Shown here: positions 40,533 through 50,623 of the stretch, in pieces | How the letters are laid out: each line of letters begins with the position of its first letter | Numbering within the stretch: the first letter of the stretch is position 1 | From: Bdellovibrionales bacterium | GTDB lineage: Bacteria > Bdellovibrionota > Bdellovibrionia > Bdellovibrionales > UBA1609 | Length of the DNA stretch: 64,000 bases | Assembly: GCA_041690295.1 (NCBI GenBank) | Contig: JAWLHR010000003.1 | Location: 32,001 to 96,000, forward strand | Direction of reading: 5' to 3' | Notes under the pieces: model-generated | What the model was told of the DNA's origin: nothing | The model's input: the letters and a program-made list of their open reading frames with translations, nothing else | Databases searched by the model: none | Made by a program: the position numbers and the translations under genes

Positions 40533-42467
40533 CTATTTGTAACTGCGTTGAGTCGGTTTCACATATTCGAATTCCAGAGGTTCCTTATACGCTTTCCACT
40601 CCGGCGTATCCCCGTTGCCGACAAAGCTCCAAGCCGTCACGTGACAGAAATTTTCATCATCACGCTTCGCCTCGTTGTCCGGCGTCTGATGTTCCTCGCG
40701 GAAATGACCGCCGCAGGATTCTTCGCGCTGTAAAGCATCCATCGCCATCAACTCACCAAGTTCAAGGAAGTCCGCGACCCGGCCGGCTTTCTCAAGCTCA
40801 CTGTTCTTGAAGTTTCTTTCTCCCGTCACCTTCACTTCGTTCCAGAATTTGGCGCGCAGGTTTCGGATATCATCAATCGCTGATTTGAGTCCGGCCGCAT
40901 TTCGTGACATGCCCACTTTGTTCCACATGATCTCGCCCAATTGCTTATGCAATTCATCGACCGAGTACTGACCTTTGATGGAGAGAAGTTTGTTCAACCG
41001 GTTCGTCACTTCTTCACGGCTGGCCTTGAAGGCGTCGTGATTGGTGTCGACTTTCGGCAGTGGATGGGACGCGAGATAATCGCCGATCGTGTAAGGAATG
41101 ATGAAGTATCCGTCGGCCAAACCCTGCATCAGAGCCGAAGCGCCCAAACGATTGGCTCCGTGATCGGAGAAATTCGCCTCACCCAAAACATGCAGCCCCG
41201 GAACCGTGCTCATCAGGTTGTAATCCACCCATAAGCCACCCATAGTGTAGTGCACCGCCGGATAGATCCGCATGGGAACTTCATAGGGGTTTTCACCGGT
41301 GATCTTGTGATACATGTCGAAGAGGTTGCCGTACTTTTCTTCGATTGCTTTCCGACCCAACCGCTTAATGGCATCGGCGAAATCGAGGTAGACCGCCTCA
41401 CCGGTGGGACCTACGCCACGGCCTTCATCCACTCGAAACTTCGCCTGGCGGGAAGCCACATCGCGCGGAACCAAGTTCCCGAAGCTGGGGTAAATTCTCT
41501 CAAGGTAGTAGTCCCGTTCAGATTCAGGGATTTCCTGAGGCTTGCGCTTATCACCTTTGTTCTTGGGAACCCATACCCGTCCGTCGTTGCGCAGCGACTC
41601 GGACATGAGAGTCAATTTCGATTGGTATGATCCCGATCGGGGAATACACGTCGGGTGAATTTGAGTGAAGCAGGGGTTACCGAAGTAAGCGCCGCGACGG
41701 TGACAACGCCATGAGGCGGTCACGTTGGAGTTCATCGCGTTGGTCGAAAGAAAGTAAACATTTCCGTAACCGCCGGTGCAAAGCAGAACGGCGTCACCGG
41801 CATGGGATTCAATCTCACCGGTGATCAGATTCCGAACGGTGATCCCACAGGCCACGCCATCAATCACCACTAAGTCCAACATCTCGCGCCGTGGATACAT
41901 TTCCACCTGTTTGCGATCAATTTGTCGATTCAAGCTGGCATAGGCGCCGAGAAGGAGCTGCTGACCGGTTTGACCCCGAGCATAAAAAGTTCGCGAAACC
42001 TGAGCGCCGCCAAATGAACGGTTATCCAGAAGCCCGCCATATTCACGAGCAAAGGGCACACCGAGCGCCACGCAATGATCGATGATGTCGACCGACACTT
42101 GCGCCAGTCGATAAACGTTGCTTTCACGAGCCCGGAAATCGCCACCTTTCACGGTGTCATAGAACAAACGGTAAACCGAATCGCCGTCGTTGGAATAATT
42201 CTTCGCGGCGTTAATTCCCCCTTGAGCGGCAATGGAATGGGCCCGTCTCGGTGAGTCATGGATGCAGAACGCCTTCACCTTGTAACCCAGTTCACCCAAG
42301 CTGCTCGCGGCCGACGCGCCAGCCAATCCGGTGCCCACAACAATGATCGTGTGCTTGCGCTTATTCGCCGGATTCACCAGCTTCATATTGAATTTGTGTC
42401 GCTCCCAGCGAGTTTCAATCGGTCCGGTTGGACAACGGGAATTGAGCTTAGAATTAACTTCCGACAT
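40533..42467 (-). CDS. sdhA: Succinate dehydrogenase/fumarate reductase flavoprotein
   Basis: [20 protein letters not shown] (covalent FAD His), QIHPT, HYTMGG and HGANRLG. Confidence 0.96.
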   Translation of the reverse strand: MSEVNSKLNSRCPTGPIETRWERHKFNMKLVNPANKRKHTIIVVGTGLAGASAASSLGELGYKVKAFCIHDSPRRAHSIAAQGGINAAKNYSNDGDSVYRLFYDTVKGGDFRARESNVYRLAQVSVDIIDHCVALGVPFAREYGGLLDNRSFGGAQVSRTFYARGQTGQQLLLGAYASLNRQIDRKQVEMYPRREMLDLVVIDGVACGITVRNLITGEIESHAGDAVLLCTGGYGNVYFLSTNAMNSNVTASWRCHRRGAYFGNPCFTQIHPTCIPRSGSYQSKLTLMSESLRNDGRVWVPKNKGDKRKPQEIPESERDYYLERIYPSFGNLVPRDVASRQAKFRVDEGRGVGPTGEAVYLDFADAIKRLGRKAIEEKYGNLFDMYHKITGENPYEVPMRIYPAVHYTMGGLWVDYNLMSTVPGLHVLGEANFSDHGANRLGASALMQGLADGYFIIPYTIGDYLASHPLPKVDTNHDAFKASREEVTNRLNKLLSIKGQYSVDELHKQLGEIMWNKVGMSRNAAGLKSAIDDIRNLRAKFWNEVKVTGERNFKNSELEKAGRVADFLELGELMAMDALQREESCGGHFREEHQTPDNEAKRDDENFCHVTAWSFVGNGDTPEWKAYKEPLEFEYVKPTQRSYK

Positions 42468-42470
42468 GAA

Positions 42471-43151
42471 TCAGCCTCGGTAGATAAAATAAACGTAGAG
42501 CGGTTGAATAATGAATCCTATGCCGACCACCAACGCGTAGACCCAACTCGCTCGACGAACAGTTTTTTGATGGCGCGGAAAATGGACTCCGAAAGTCTGA
42601 AACGAGGACGCGATTCCATGGCTCAGGTGCAGAAGCAATGCGATGAGCGCCACGACATACCACATGACGTATCCCGGCTTCTGAAAGACCTCGATCACCA
42701 GCCGGTGGAGATCCCGGATTTCACCTTTGCCATAGTCGACCGTGTAGTAGGTGCCGTACTTGAACGTGGCCAAATGAAGCACCAAAAACACGAAAATTAA
42801 TAGCCCCTGCGGCCATAATGTTCTTTGAATCCAGGAAGTGCCTTTTTCGCCATGGGGAAGCACCGCATACCGAGTCGTGCGGGCACGAATGTTCTCGATC
42901 GAGATTTTGCTGGCCACCACCAAATGGCCGAGGAAGAACACCACCAAACCCGCTTCGGCCAGGTAAATCAGTGGATTGCTGATCAGCGCATGGGAGTATT
43001 CATTGTAAACCTGCGGACCGACCAGAATCAGGAGATTTCCCGCCATGTGCATGAGAACGAAAAAGCTTAATCCTAATCCCGTCAGTCCGATTATCTGCTT
43101 GCGACCGATGTTGGACGTGATCCATCGGTGCGATTGATTTTGTCTATTCAC
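42471..43151 (-). CDS. sdhC: Succinate dehydrogenase cytochrome b subunit (5-TM, diheme type)
   Basis: Five TMs with His ligands (LMHM, LGHL, VLHL, HLSHG). GTG start inferred. Confidence 0.9.
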   Translation of the reverse strand: MNRQNQSHRWITSNIGRKQIIGLTGLGLSFFVLMHMAGNLLILVGPQVYNEYSHALISNPLIYLAEAGLVVFFLGHLVVASKISIENIRARTTRYAVLPHGEKGTSWIQRTLWPQGLLIFVFLVLHLATFKYGTYYTVDYGKGEIRDLHRLVIEVFQKPGYVMWYVVALIALLLHLSHGIASSFQTFGVHFPRHQKTVRRASWVYALVVGIGFIIQPLYVYFIYRG

Positions 43152-43230
43152 CTTGTTGCCCCAACGATTGACTTTCTTCTGATTACCCCACAAAAACACA
43201 AGGTGTCCAGCCTACATCTCGAGGGATTAA

Positions 43231-44004
43231 ATGAAGATTTTTGTGTGTTTAAAGCAGGTTCCCGACACCGAGACAAGGATTCAGATCAAGTCTGACCGCT
43301 CCGGAATCGAGGAAACCGGAATTAAGTGGGTGATGAATCCATATGATGAGTTCGCGGTCGAAGAGGCCCTGAAACTGAAAGAGGCCAAAGGTGCCGGAAC
43401 CATCACTGTGGTTTCGGTGGGTCCGAAAGCGCGAGTGACTGAAGCGATCCGGACCGCGTTGGCGATGGGGGCTGATGACGGGCTTGTGATCGACACAACG
43501 GAGTATCTGGACACGTTCCAAACGGCGCAGGCTTTAGCCGGAGCGATCAAGAAGGAAGGTTCGTTCGATTACGTCTTCACCGGCAAGCTCGCGATTGATG
43601 ACAATGCGGCGAGCGTTCCCCAAATCCTCGCCGAATTCTTGAATGTTCCGCACGTGACGGTTGTTTCCAAATTCACTCCCGGTTCACCGACAGTGGTGGA
43701 GCGCGAAACCGAAGGCGGTACCCGCGAAGTTTTTACCATCGAAGGCCCGTGTGTCGTGGCCTGTAACAAAGGTTTGAATACGCCTCGCTACGCCAGCCTG
43801 CCCGGCATTATGAAAGCCAAAAAGAAACCGATTAAAGAGATGACTCTGGCGGACGCGGGTGTCGCACCCTCGCAAATCAAAGTGCGACTTAAAGATTTCC
43901 AACTTCCGCCGGAGAAGCCGCAAGTGAAGATGATCAGCGGCGATGCGGCCACACAAGCCAAGGAGTTGGTGCGGTTGCTAATGGAAGAAGCCAAGGTTTT
44001 ATAA
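43231..44004 (+). CDS. etfB: Electron transfer flavoprotein beta subunit
   Basis: VCLKQVPD, NPYDEFAVEEAL, ALAMGAD and NTPRYASLPGIM. Confidence 0.96.
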   Translation: MKIFVCLKQVPDTETRIQIKSDRSGIEETGIKWVMNPYDEFAVEEALKLKEAKGAGTITVVSVGPKARVTEAIRTALAMGADDGLVIDTTEYLDTFQTAQALAGAIKKEGSFDYVFTGKLAIDDNAASVPQILAEFLNVPHVTVVSKFTPGSPTVVERETEGGTREVFTIEGPCVVACNKGLNTPRYASLPGIMKAKKKPIKEMTLADAGVAPSQIKVRLKDFQLPPEKPQVKMISGDAATQAKELVRLLMEEAKVL

Positions 44005-44015
44005 AGGAAACCACC

Positions 44016-44981
44016 ATGTCGAAAGTCTTTGTTTTTATTGAAGGTCAAAATGAAATCAAAAAAGGTGGCCTTGAGCTCCTCACCGCCGGCAAAAATTCCG
44101 GCCGCGAAGTCGTCGCCGGCGCGGTAGGGGCGAGTGCGAAAGCTCTCGCCGCGCAAGCGGGGAAATACGGCGCCTCGTCTGTTTTCGTCTGCGAAGCGGC
44201 AGGTCTGGCGGATTACAATCCGGCTCAGTACGCCGACGTGCTGACCGCGATGATTAAAGAGTCGGGAGCGGAAGTGGTATTAGCGTCGGCGACCGCCTTG
44301 GCCCGCGATCTTTTCCCTCGCGTGGCCGCCCGATTAAATTCCGGTTTGGCCAGCGATTGCACCACGCTTGAAATGACGGCTTCTGAATTAAAAGTGCGTC
44401 GCCCGCTTTATGCCGGCAAGTGCACGGCGGAAGTGGAGTTCGTGGACAGCCCGATTAAATTCGTTTTGATGCGCGCCAATCAGTTGCCGGTGGGAACTCC
44501 GGATGAGGCGAAGTCGGCAAGCGTTCGTGAATTCCCTGCGCCCGCGGAAAGCGCCGCGATTAAAACCAAAGAAGTGGTGAAAGGCGCGTCCAGTAAAGCT
44601 GACCTCACGGAAGCTAACGTCATCGTGTCCGGCGGCCGGGGCATGCAAGGTCCGGAGCATTTCAAGCTCCTTGACGATTTAGCCTCAGTCATCGGCGCGA
44701 CAGTGGGTGCCTCTCGCGCGGTCGCGGATGCCGGTTGGGTACCCCATAGCATGCAGGTCGGCCAGACTGGAAAAACCGTCGCACCGAGTTTGTATATCGC
44801 CGTGGGTATTTCCGGCGCCATTCAACACTTGGCGGGAATGAGTGGAAGTAAGGTGATCGTGGCCATTAACAAAGACCCGGACGCGCCGATTTTCCAAAAG
44901 TCGACCTATGGTTTGGTCGGTGATTTATTTGAGATCGTTCCCAAACTGACTGAAGAGTTTAAGAAAGCTCTGCACAAGTAA
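44016..44981 (+). CDS. etfA: Electron transfer flavoprotein alpha subunit
   Basis: [21 protein letters not shown] and AINKD. Confidence 0.96.
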   Translation: MSKVFVFIEGQNEIKKGGLELLTAGKNSGREVVAGAVGASAKALAAQAGKYGASSVFVCEAAGLADYNPAQYADVLTAMIKESGAEVVLASATALARDLFPRVAARLNSGLASDCTTLEMTASELKVRRPLYAGKCTAEVEFVDSPIKFVLMRANQLPVGTPDEAKSASVREFPAPAESAAIKTKEVVKGASSKADLTEANVIVSGGRGMQGPEHFKLLDDLASVIGATVGASRAVADAGWVPHSMQVGQTGKTVAPSLYIAVGISGAIQHLAGMSGSKVIVAINKDPDAPIFQKSTYGLVGDLFEIVPKLTEEFKKALHK

Positions 44982-44986
44982 TTTGA

Positions 44987-45628
44987 ATGATCCGTCGCTA
45001 CATTTTGCCCCGGATCGCTTGGGCCTTCTATCGTATCTGGACCGCCACATGGCGAGTGAAGTTGATTGAATCTCCGGGGCTCGTCGCCGCGAAAAATGCC
45101 GGTGAAAGATTGATTTTCGCCCATTGGCATGGCCACGAGCTGGCCATTTTGCCTCTTGTCAGACCTTATCGAATCGCCACCATGACTTCGACGAGTAAGG
45201 ATGGAGAAATCATCGATTTTGCGATTCGTCGTTTCGGTGGAGCTACCAGTCGTGGCTCCAGTACACGAGGTGGAATCAGTGCGTTGAAAGGACTCATTCG
45301 TCTGATGGGCGAAGGCTATCGCGCTTCAATGGCCGTTGATGGACCAAAGGGCCCTTTGCATGTGGTGAAACCCGGCGTGTTTGAAGTTTCCCGTTTGGGT
45401 GGAGCGCGCATTGTTCCCATGGCCGTGGCGACAGATCGAGCCATCGTGTTCACCAAGTCGTGGAATAAAGCGATCTTGCCAAAACCCTTCGCGCGCGTGA
45501 CGGTCTTTTTCTCCGAACCTTGGCCCGCGATCGATAAATCGACATCACCCAAGGATCCACAACTCGCGCAACGCTTGGCCAATGAGATTGCAAGCGCTTG
45601 CCAGACCGCATCAGGTCACCTACGATAA
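44987..45628 (+). CDS. DUF374 / lysophospholipid acyltransferase-like protein
   Basis: WHG, SKDGE, RGSS, DGPKGP and SW...P.PF motifs. Confidence 0.88.
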   Translation: MIRRYILPRIAWAFYRIWTATWRVKLIESPGLVAAKNAGERLIFAHWHGHELAILPLVRPYRIATMTSTSKDGEIIDFAIRRFGGATSRGSSTRGGISALKGLIRLMGEGYRASMAVDGPKGPLHVVKPGVFEVSRLGGARIVPMAVATDRAIVFTKSWNKAILPKPFARVTVFFSEPWPAIDKSTSPKDPQLAQRLANEIASACQTASGHLR

Positions 45629-45633
45629 TCTCC

Positions 45634-46443
45634 ATGAAAAATTTAATATGGATTGGCCTGCTGTCGATATATTCCGCTCAAGCTCAAACCCTGGCCACCG
45701 TTGGCAATGCCAAAATCACCGCCAGTGAATTCAAACGAAAATTGCAAGAGATAGAAAGTCAGGCGATCAACCCACCGAGCGCCGAACAATTCCTGGAAGA
45801 TTTGATCCGGTTTGAAATCGGCGTGCAGGAAGCCGAGAAACTCAAATTGCAAAACGACCCGCAGGTAAAAGAGCGAATTCGCCAAGTGCTGTACAACGCG
45901 CTTCTTGAAAAACAAGTGGGCGCGAAAGTGAATAATATCAAAATCACCGAAAGGGAAATGCGCGAGTTTTACAAAAAGAACCCAGAGATTCGGCTCGCGC
46001 ACATCTTGATTGATGTTAAAGAGAACGCCAAGCCGGAAGAGCGGGAGTTGGTGCGCAAAAGGGCACTGGAAATCCTCGGTGAAGTCAAAAAATCCAAACG
46101 ACCGTTCGAGGATTTAGTGAAACTGTACAGTGATGACGTCGCCACCAAGGAAACGGGCGGCGATATCGGATTTCAGTCGCGTGTGACTCTGGCACCGATG
46201 ATTTACGAAGAAGCCGTGGCCATGAAGCCGGGGGAAATCAAGGGGCTCATCGAAACCCGTTTCGGTTTTCATATCATCAAGGTTCTCGACCGGCGTTCCT
46301 ATGATCTCGCCGATAAGCATCAAGTCAGGGCCGCGCTCTTTGATGAGAAGCGCGCTCAAGCCTTTAACAACTATTTTGAACAAGTTAAGAAGAATTACAA
46401 TATCAGTATCAACAAAGACAGTTTGAACTCTTTGGCCAAGTGA
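45634..46443 (+). CDS. Parvulin-type periplasmic PPIase
   Basis: AHILI, YSDD..GGDIG and ETRFGFHII; signal peptide. Confidence 0.9.
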   Translation: MKNLIWIGLLSIYSAQAQTLATVGNAKITASEFKRKLQEIESQAINPPSAEQFLEDLIRFEIGVQEAEKLKLQNDPQVKERIRQVLYNALLEKQVGAKVNNIKITEREMREFYKKNPEIRLAHILIDVKENAKPEERELVRKRALEILGEVKKSKRPFEDLVKLYSDDVATKETGGDIGFQSRVTLAPMIYEEAVAMKPGEIKGLIETRFGFHIIKVLDRRSYDLADKHQVRAALFDEKRAQAFNNYFEQVKKNYNISINKDSLNSLAK

Positions 46444-47393
46444 ACTTGAAACTCGCTTACCTCATCCCTATTTTTGTTGTGAGCGCCTGTACGTGGAACA
46501 AGCCTTCGTTGAAAAACAAGGTGATTGTGGACATCAATGGCCACCAGCTGACCGCCGAAGCGTTCTCACGTGAGCTGGCCTTCCGTCTCCGCGATCAAGA
46601 CGCCCTGTCGGTCAAGAATCCCAAGAACCTGGCTCGTGTGAAGGCCAGCATCGTTGAAGATTTCATTGTTCAGGCGATCAATGAGGAATGGGCCCGTGAA
46701 AATAACATCATCGTTAAAGCCGAAGATTTAGAGAAAGAAATCAGGCTTGTACAAAACAGTTATCCGGATGACTTATCATTCCGGCAGGCGTTAGCCGAAC
46801 AAGGCCTGACCTTCCGCGAGTGGAAAGAACGTCTGCACCAAACCGTTTTACAAAAGCTGGTCTCCTATCAGGTAAGTAATGACCTCACGCCGCCGACGGA
46901 AGCGGAGATGCAGAACTATTACAAAGAAAACACGATGAAGTTCGCGGTGCGCGAGATGGCGCAAATCCGGCAGGTCGTGGTGGCGACGGAAAGTGACGCC
47001 ACCGCCATCGAAGCGGAATTGAAGCGCGGAAAGCGCATGACCGATCTGGCGAAAAAATACTCGATATCACCCGAGGGCCCGAAGGGCGGAGTCGTCGGCT
47101 GGGTCGAAAAAGGCCTCACGGAAATTTTCGAACTGGCGTTTCGCATGCGTCCGGGACAACGCAGCCCGATCGTAAAAAGTTCTTTCGGTTACCATATTTT
47201 CGAAGTGATCGGCCGCAAACCCGCGCACACACAGCCCTACAACGAGGCCAAAAACGAAATTAAACGCATTTTGATGGAAAAAAAGAAGCAATCCCTTTAT
47301 CTTTCGTGGCTGGAAGAGCGGGTTCGCAAGGCTCGCGTGTTCAAGGATCAAGCGTTTATTGACGCCATAAAAGTGGAGACGAAGATCCAGTGA
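46440..47393 (+). CDS. Parvulin-type PPIase lipoprotein (SurA-N + PPIase)
   Basis: Lipobox VSAC; AKKYS.SPE..KGG.VG and SFGYHIF. GTG start overlaps the previous stop. Confidence 0.88.
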   Translation: MNLKLAYLIPIFVVSACTWNKPSLKNKVIVDINGHQLTAEAFSRELAFRLRDQDALSVKNPKNLARVKASIVEDFIVQAINEEWARENNIIVKAEDLEKEIRLVQNSYPDDLSFRQALAEQGLTFREWKERLHQTVLQKLVSYQVSNDLTPPTEAEMQNYYKENTMKFAVREMAQIRQVVVATESDATAIEAELKRGKRMTDLAKKYSISPEGPKGGVVGWVEKGLTEIFELAFRMRPGQRSPIVKSSFGYHIFEVIGRKPAHTQPYNEAKNEIKRILMEKKKQSLYLSWLEERVRKARVFKDQAFIDAIKVETKIQ

Positions 47394-48343
47394 TAAAACG
47401 CTTATTAATTTTAGCGATGCTTGCCCCCTGGTGGCTTCATGCGCGCACCGTGGACAAAATCGTCGCGATCGTGAATGAACAGATCATAACGTTGTCGGAC
47501 GTGGAGAAATACCGAAAGCGCCTCGCGGGTGGTGGATTGGTCGACGATGCCCTTATCCGATTGAGCGACGCGAATCAGCTCCAACGGGACCGGAACGCCT
47601 TATTGAATCACTTGATCGACGAAAAGCTGCTTGATTCGGAAGTGAAGCGAAAGAATCTCGAGGTGACGATTGAGCGGGTTGAACAGGAGATCCGTAATAT
47701 CGCCAAGAACAATCAGGTTTCGCGCCAACAGCTTGTGAGCGCGCTCCGCGCGCGTGGCGTTTCCATGTCGGAGTATCAGGATTTCATTAAAACCAGTCTT
47801 GAGCGGCAAGCTTTGATCGAGCGGGAAGTGACCAGCAAGATCCGCATCACCGATGAGGATATCACAACTCATTATCTGGCCAAGAAGGGCGCTTCGGGCG
47901 CGCAGGTTTTTGAGTACACTCTCGCCCACATTCTCTTTTCGCCCAAAACCGGCGGTGAAGCCGCCGCCTTGGATCGCGCCAAGAAAGTGGAAGAAAAGCT
48001 TAAAGCGGGAAACACATTTGAAAAATTGGCCGAACAGTTCAGCGAAGATCCCAATTTTACCAAGGGCGGAATTCTCGGAACGTTCAAAGCGGGAGAGATG
48101 CTGAAGGAGTTCGAGGACACTGTCCGCAAAATGGGACCCGGAGATGTTTCACCAATCATCAAAACCGCCAATGGTTATCACATTTTGAAGGTCGTAAAAC
48201 GCACTCTCATTTCCGATCCCAAACTCGAGGAAGAGCGGCCGCGAATCCATGCCCAAATCTATGCGGCGGAATTCAAGCGGCAATTCCGGCTGTGGTTGAA
48301 TCAAAAACGTGATGAATCCTTCATCAAAATCAACGGCTTCTAA
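47390..48343 (+). CDS. surA: SurA-like chaperone/PPIase
   Basis: VDKIVAIVNEQIITLSD; AHILF, FSEDP..KGG.LG and NGYHIL; followed by pdxA. Confidence 0.8.
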   Translation: MIKRLLILAMLAPWWLHARTVDKIVAIVNEQIITLSDVEKYRKRLAGGGLVDDALIRLSDANQLQRDRNALLNHLIDEKLLDSEVKRKNLEVTIERVEQEIRNIAKNNQVSRQQLVSALRARGVSMSEYQDFIKTSLERQALIEREVTSKIRITDEDITTHYLAKKGASGAQVFEYTLAHILFSPKTGGEAAALDRAKKVEEKLKAGNTFEKLAEQFSEDPNFTKGGILGTFKAGEMLKEFEDTVRKMGPGDVSPIIKTANGYHILKVVKRTLISDPKLEEERPRIHAQIYAAEFKRQFRLWLNQKRDESFIKINGF

Positions 48344-49235
48344 ACCGATACGAATCGCCATCACCACGGGCGATCCCGATGGCATTGGTTGGGAGGTCAC
48401 GGCCAAGGCGCTCAACCAAATCGGGCCGCGCCGGGGAATTCATTATACGGTTTTTTGCCCTCGCGATCAGAACTTGCGGCCGAAGCTCTCGAAGGACTTG
48501 AAGAAAGTCATTTCTCTAGAAGAGGAGACCGAATCCGCGGCGCGATGGGTGGAGCGGGCGGCCGAAGGCTGTCTCGCAGGTGAGTTCGACGCGCTTGTCA
48601 CGGCCCCGCTTTCCAAAACTTCGATTATTGAGTCCGGGTTGCGGGATATCGGTCACACCGAAATCTTGGCGCGCATCAGCGGTCGCCATGATCTGTTCAT
48701 GGCTTTTATGGGCGCCAAATTCAATGTGATCTTGGCCACTGGCCATTTACCGCTCTCGGAAGCGCTAAAGCGAATCGATTCGGATTTGATGGAGAAAGCC
48801 CTTCATGCCGCCCGTGATTTTAAGAACGCTTTGTCCAAATCCAGACAAGCTCTTCCTTTTGCGCTTGTTGGCGTGAATCCGCATTCCGGTGAAAACGGTT
48901 TGATCGGATCCGAGGAAATCGCGCTGCGAGAATGGGTGTCCCGAACCAACGGGGAAGTGGTTGGCCCGCTTGTCCCTGACGCCGCTTTTCTACCAAAGAA
49001 TTGGCCATTGTACGCCGGTTACATTTCGCTCTATCATGACCAGGGACTGATCCCATTTAAAATGGCGCACGGATTTAGCGATGGCGTGCATTTGACTCTG
49101 GGTTTGCCCTTTGTCAGAACGAGCGTGGATCATGGAACAGCCAAAGAGCTGTTCGGTAAAAACAAAGCGGATCCAGGTTCAATGAAAAAAGCGATCTTAG
49201 CCGCTGTTCGCCTTGCGAGTCATCCGCGACACTGA
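48312..49235 (+). CDS. pdxA: 4-hydroxythreonine-4-phosphate dehydrogenase family
   Basis: ITTGDPDGIG, GHTE, NPHSGE, YHDQG and RTSVDHGTA. Confidence 0.9.
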   Translation: MNPSSKSTASKPIRIAITTGDPDGIGWEVTAKALNQIGPRRGIHYTVFCPRDQNLRPKLSKDLKKVISLEEETESAARWVERAAEGCLAGEFDALVTAPLSKTSIIESGLRDIGHTEILARISGRHDLFMAFMGAKFNVILATGHLPLSEALKRIDSDLMEKALHAARDFKNALSKSRQALPFALVGVNPHSGENGLIGSEEIALREWVSRTNGEVVGPLVPDAAFLPKNWPLYAGYISLYHDQGLIPFKMAHGFSDGVHLTLGLPFVRTSVDHGTAKELFGKNKADPGSMKKAILAAVRLASHPRH

Positions 49236-49248
49236 AAGGAGCGAAACG

Positions 49249-50622
49249 ATGAAAATGAACCCAGTGATTTTCCGCGAGTATGACATCCGTGGCGTATACA
49301 ATACCGACTTCGACCGCGAATTCGCCTTCAATCTGGGTCGCGCTTTCGTGACATATGTTCGCGTCCGCTCCAGCGTGCGCGAACCCCGATTGACCTTGGG
49401 ACATGATGCGCGCTTGTCATCACCGGAAATCGCCGGCGCTCTTAGCGAAGGCATCCGCTCTTCCGGCGGGCACGTGATCTTATTGGGATTGGTTACATCT
49501 CCGATCAGCTATTTTTCCACGTTCACGGTTGAAAACGTGCAAGGCGGAATCATGGTAACGGGTTCGCACAATCCTCCGGAATACAATGGCTTTAAAATTT
49601 CATACAATCGTTCCACCATTTTCGGTGATGAGATCAAACAACTTGAGAAGATCATTAACAGCGACGATTTCAGCAGCGGCTCCGGGAGCGAGGAATCCAT
49701 CGATATTCTGACCCCCTATGTTGAGCGGTACAAAAAAGAGTTCGGCCAGATGACGCCGGTTCCACTCGTGCTCGACTGCGGAAACGGTGCCGCCGGTTGC
49801 ATCGCTCGACGCCTTTACGAGGCGGTCGGACTTTCCCCCACGATTTTGTTTGAAGAACCGGACGGCCGCTTTCCCAATCATCATCCGGATCCCACAGTGG
49901 AGTCCAATCTCGCCGATTTAAAGAAAGAGGTTCAGCGTACCGGCGCGAAGCTCGGCATCGGATTCGACGGCGATGCCGATCGAATCGGACTGGTCGATCA
50001 CAACGGAAAGTATGTTCTTGGCGATGAAATGATGGTCTTGATCGCGCAGGATATTCTGAAAACGAATAAAGGCGCGAAGATCATCGGTGATGTGAAATGT
50101 TCGGACCGCATGTTTGAGTTCATCCGTCAGCATAACGGAAAGCCGATCATGTGGAAAACCGGGCACTCACTGATTAAAGAAAAAGTGAGAGTCGAAAAGG
50201 CGCCGTTCGGCGGGGAACTGAGTGGTCATATCTTTTTCGCCGATCGCAACTACGGTTATGACGATGCTCTTTACGCGGGCTTAAGGGTGGTCGAAATTCT
50301 GGGTCGAACCGGTTCAGATATCCCCAGCCTGCTGTCTTCTTTGCCACCATCTTATAACACTCCCGAAATCCGCATCGACACGACGGAGGAGAAGAAGCAC
50401 TTGATCGTGAATCGATTGAAGGAAGCGTTCTCACGTCCATCCACCGACTACTCGGTCAATTTGATCGACGGCATCCGGGTCAGCTTCGCTGATGGATGGG
50501 CCCTGGCACGCGCTTCAAACACACAACCGGTTTTGGTCCTGCGATTTGAATCCACTTCTGAAGAGGGATTGGCTCGGATTCGCGGACTGTTCGAATCGGT
50601 GGTGAATCCGCTTTTAAAATAA
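49249..50622 (+). CDS. Phosphomannomutase/phosphoglucomutase
   Basis: FREYDIRG, TGSHNP, FDGDADR, GELSGH and RASNTQP (AlgC-like). Confidence 0.95.
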   Translation: MKMNPVIFREYDIRGVYNTDFDREFAFNLGRAFVTYVRVRSSVREPRLTLGHDARLSSPEIAGALSEGIRSSGGHVILLGLVTSPISYFSTFTVENVQGGIMVTGSHNPPEYNGFKISYNRSTIFGDEIKQLEKIINSDDFSSGSGSEESIDILTPYVERYKKEFGQMTPVPLVLDCGNGAAGCIARRLYEAVGLSPTILFEEPDGRFPNHHPDPTVESNLADLKKEVQRTGAKLGIGFDGDADRIGLVDHNGKYVLGDEMMVLIAQDILKTNKGAKIIGDVKCSDRMFEFIRQHNGKPIMWKTGHSLIKEKVRVEKAPFGGELSGHIFFADRNYGYDDALYAGLRVVEILGRTGSDIPSLLSSLPPSYNTPEIRIDTTEEKKHLIVNRLKEAFSRPSTDYSVNLIDGIRVSFADGWALARASNTQPVLVLRFESTSEEGLARIRGLFESVVNPLLK

Positions 50623-50623
50623 A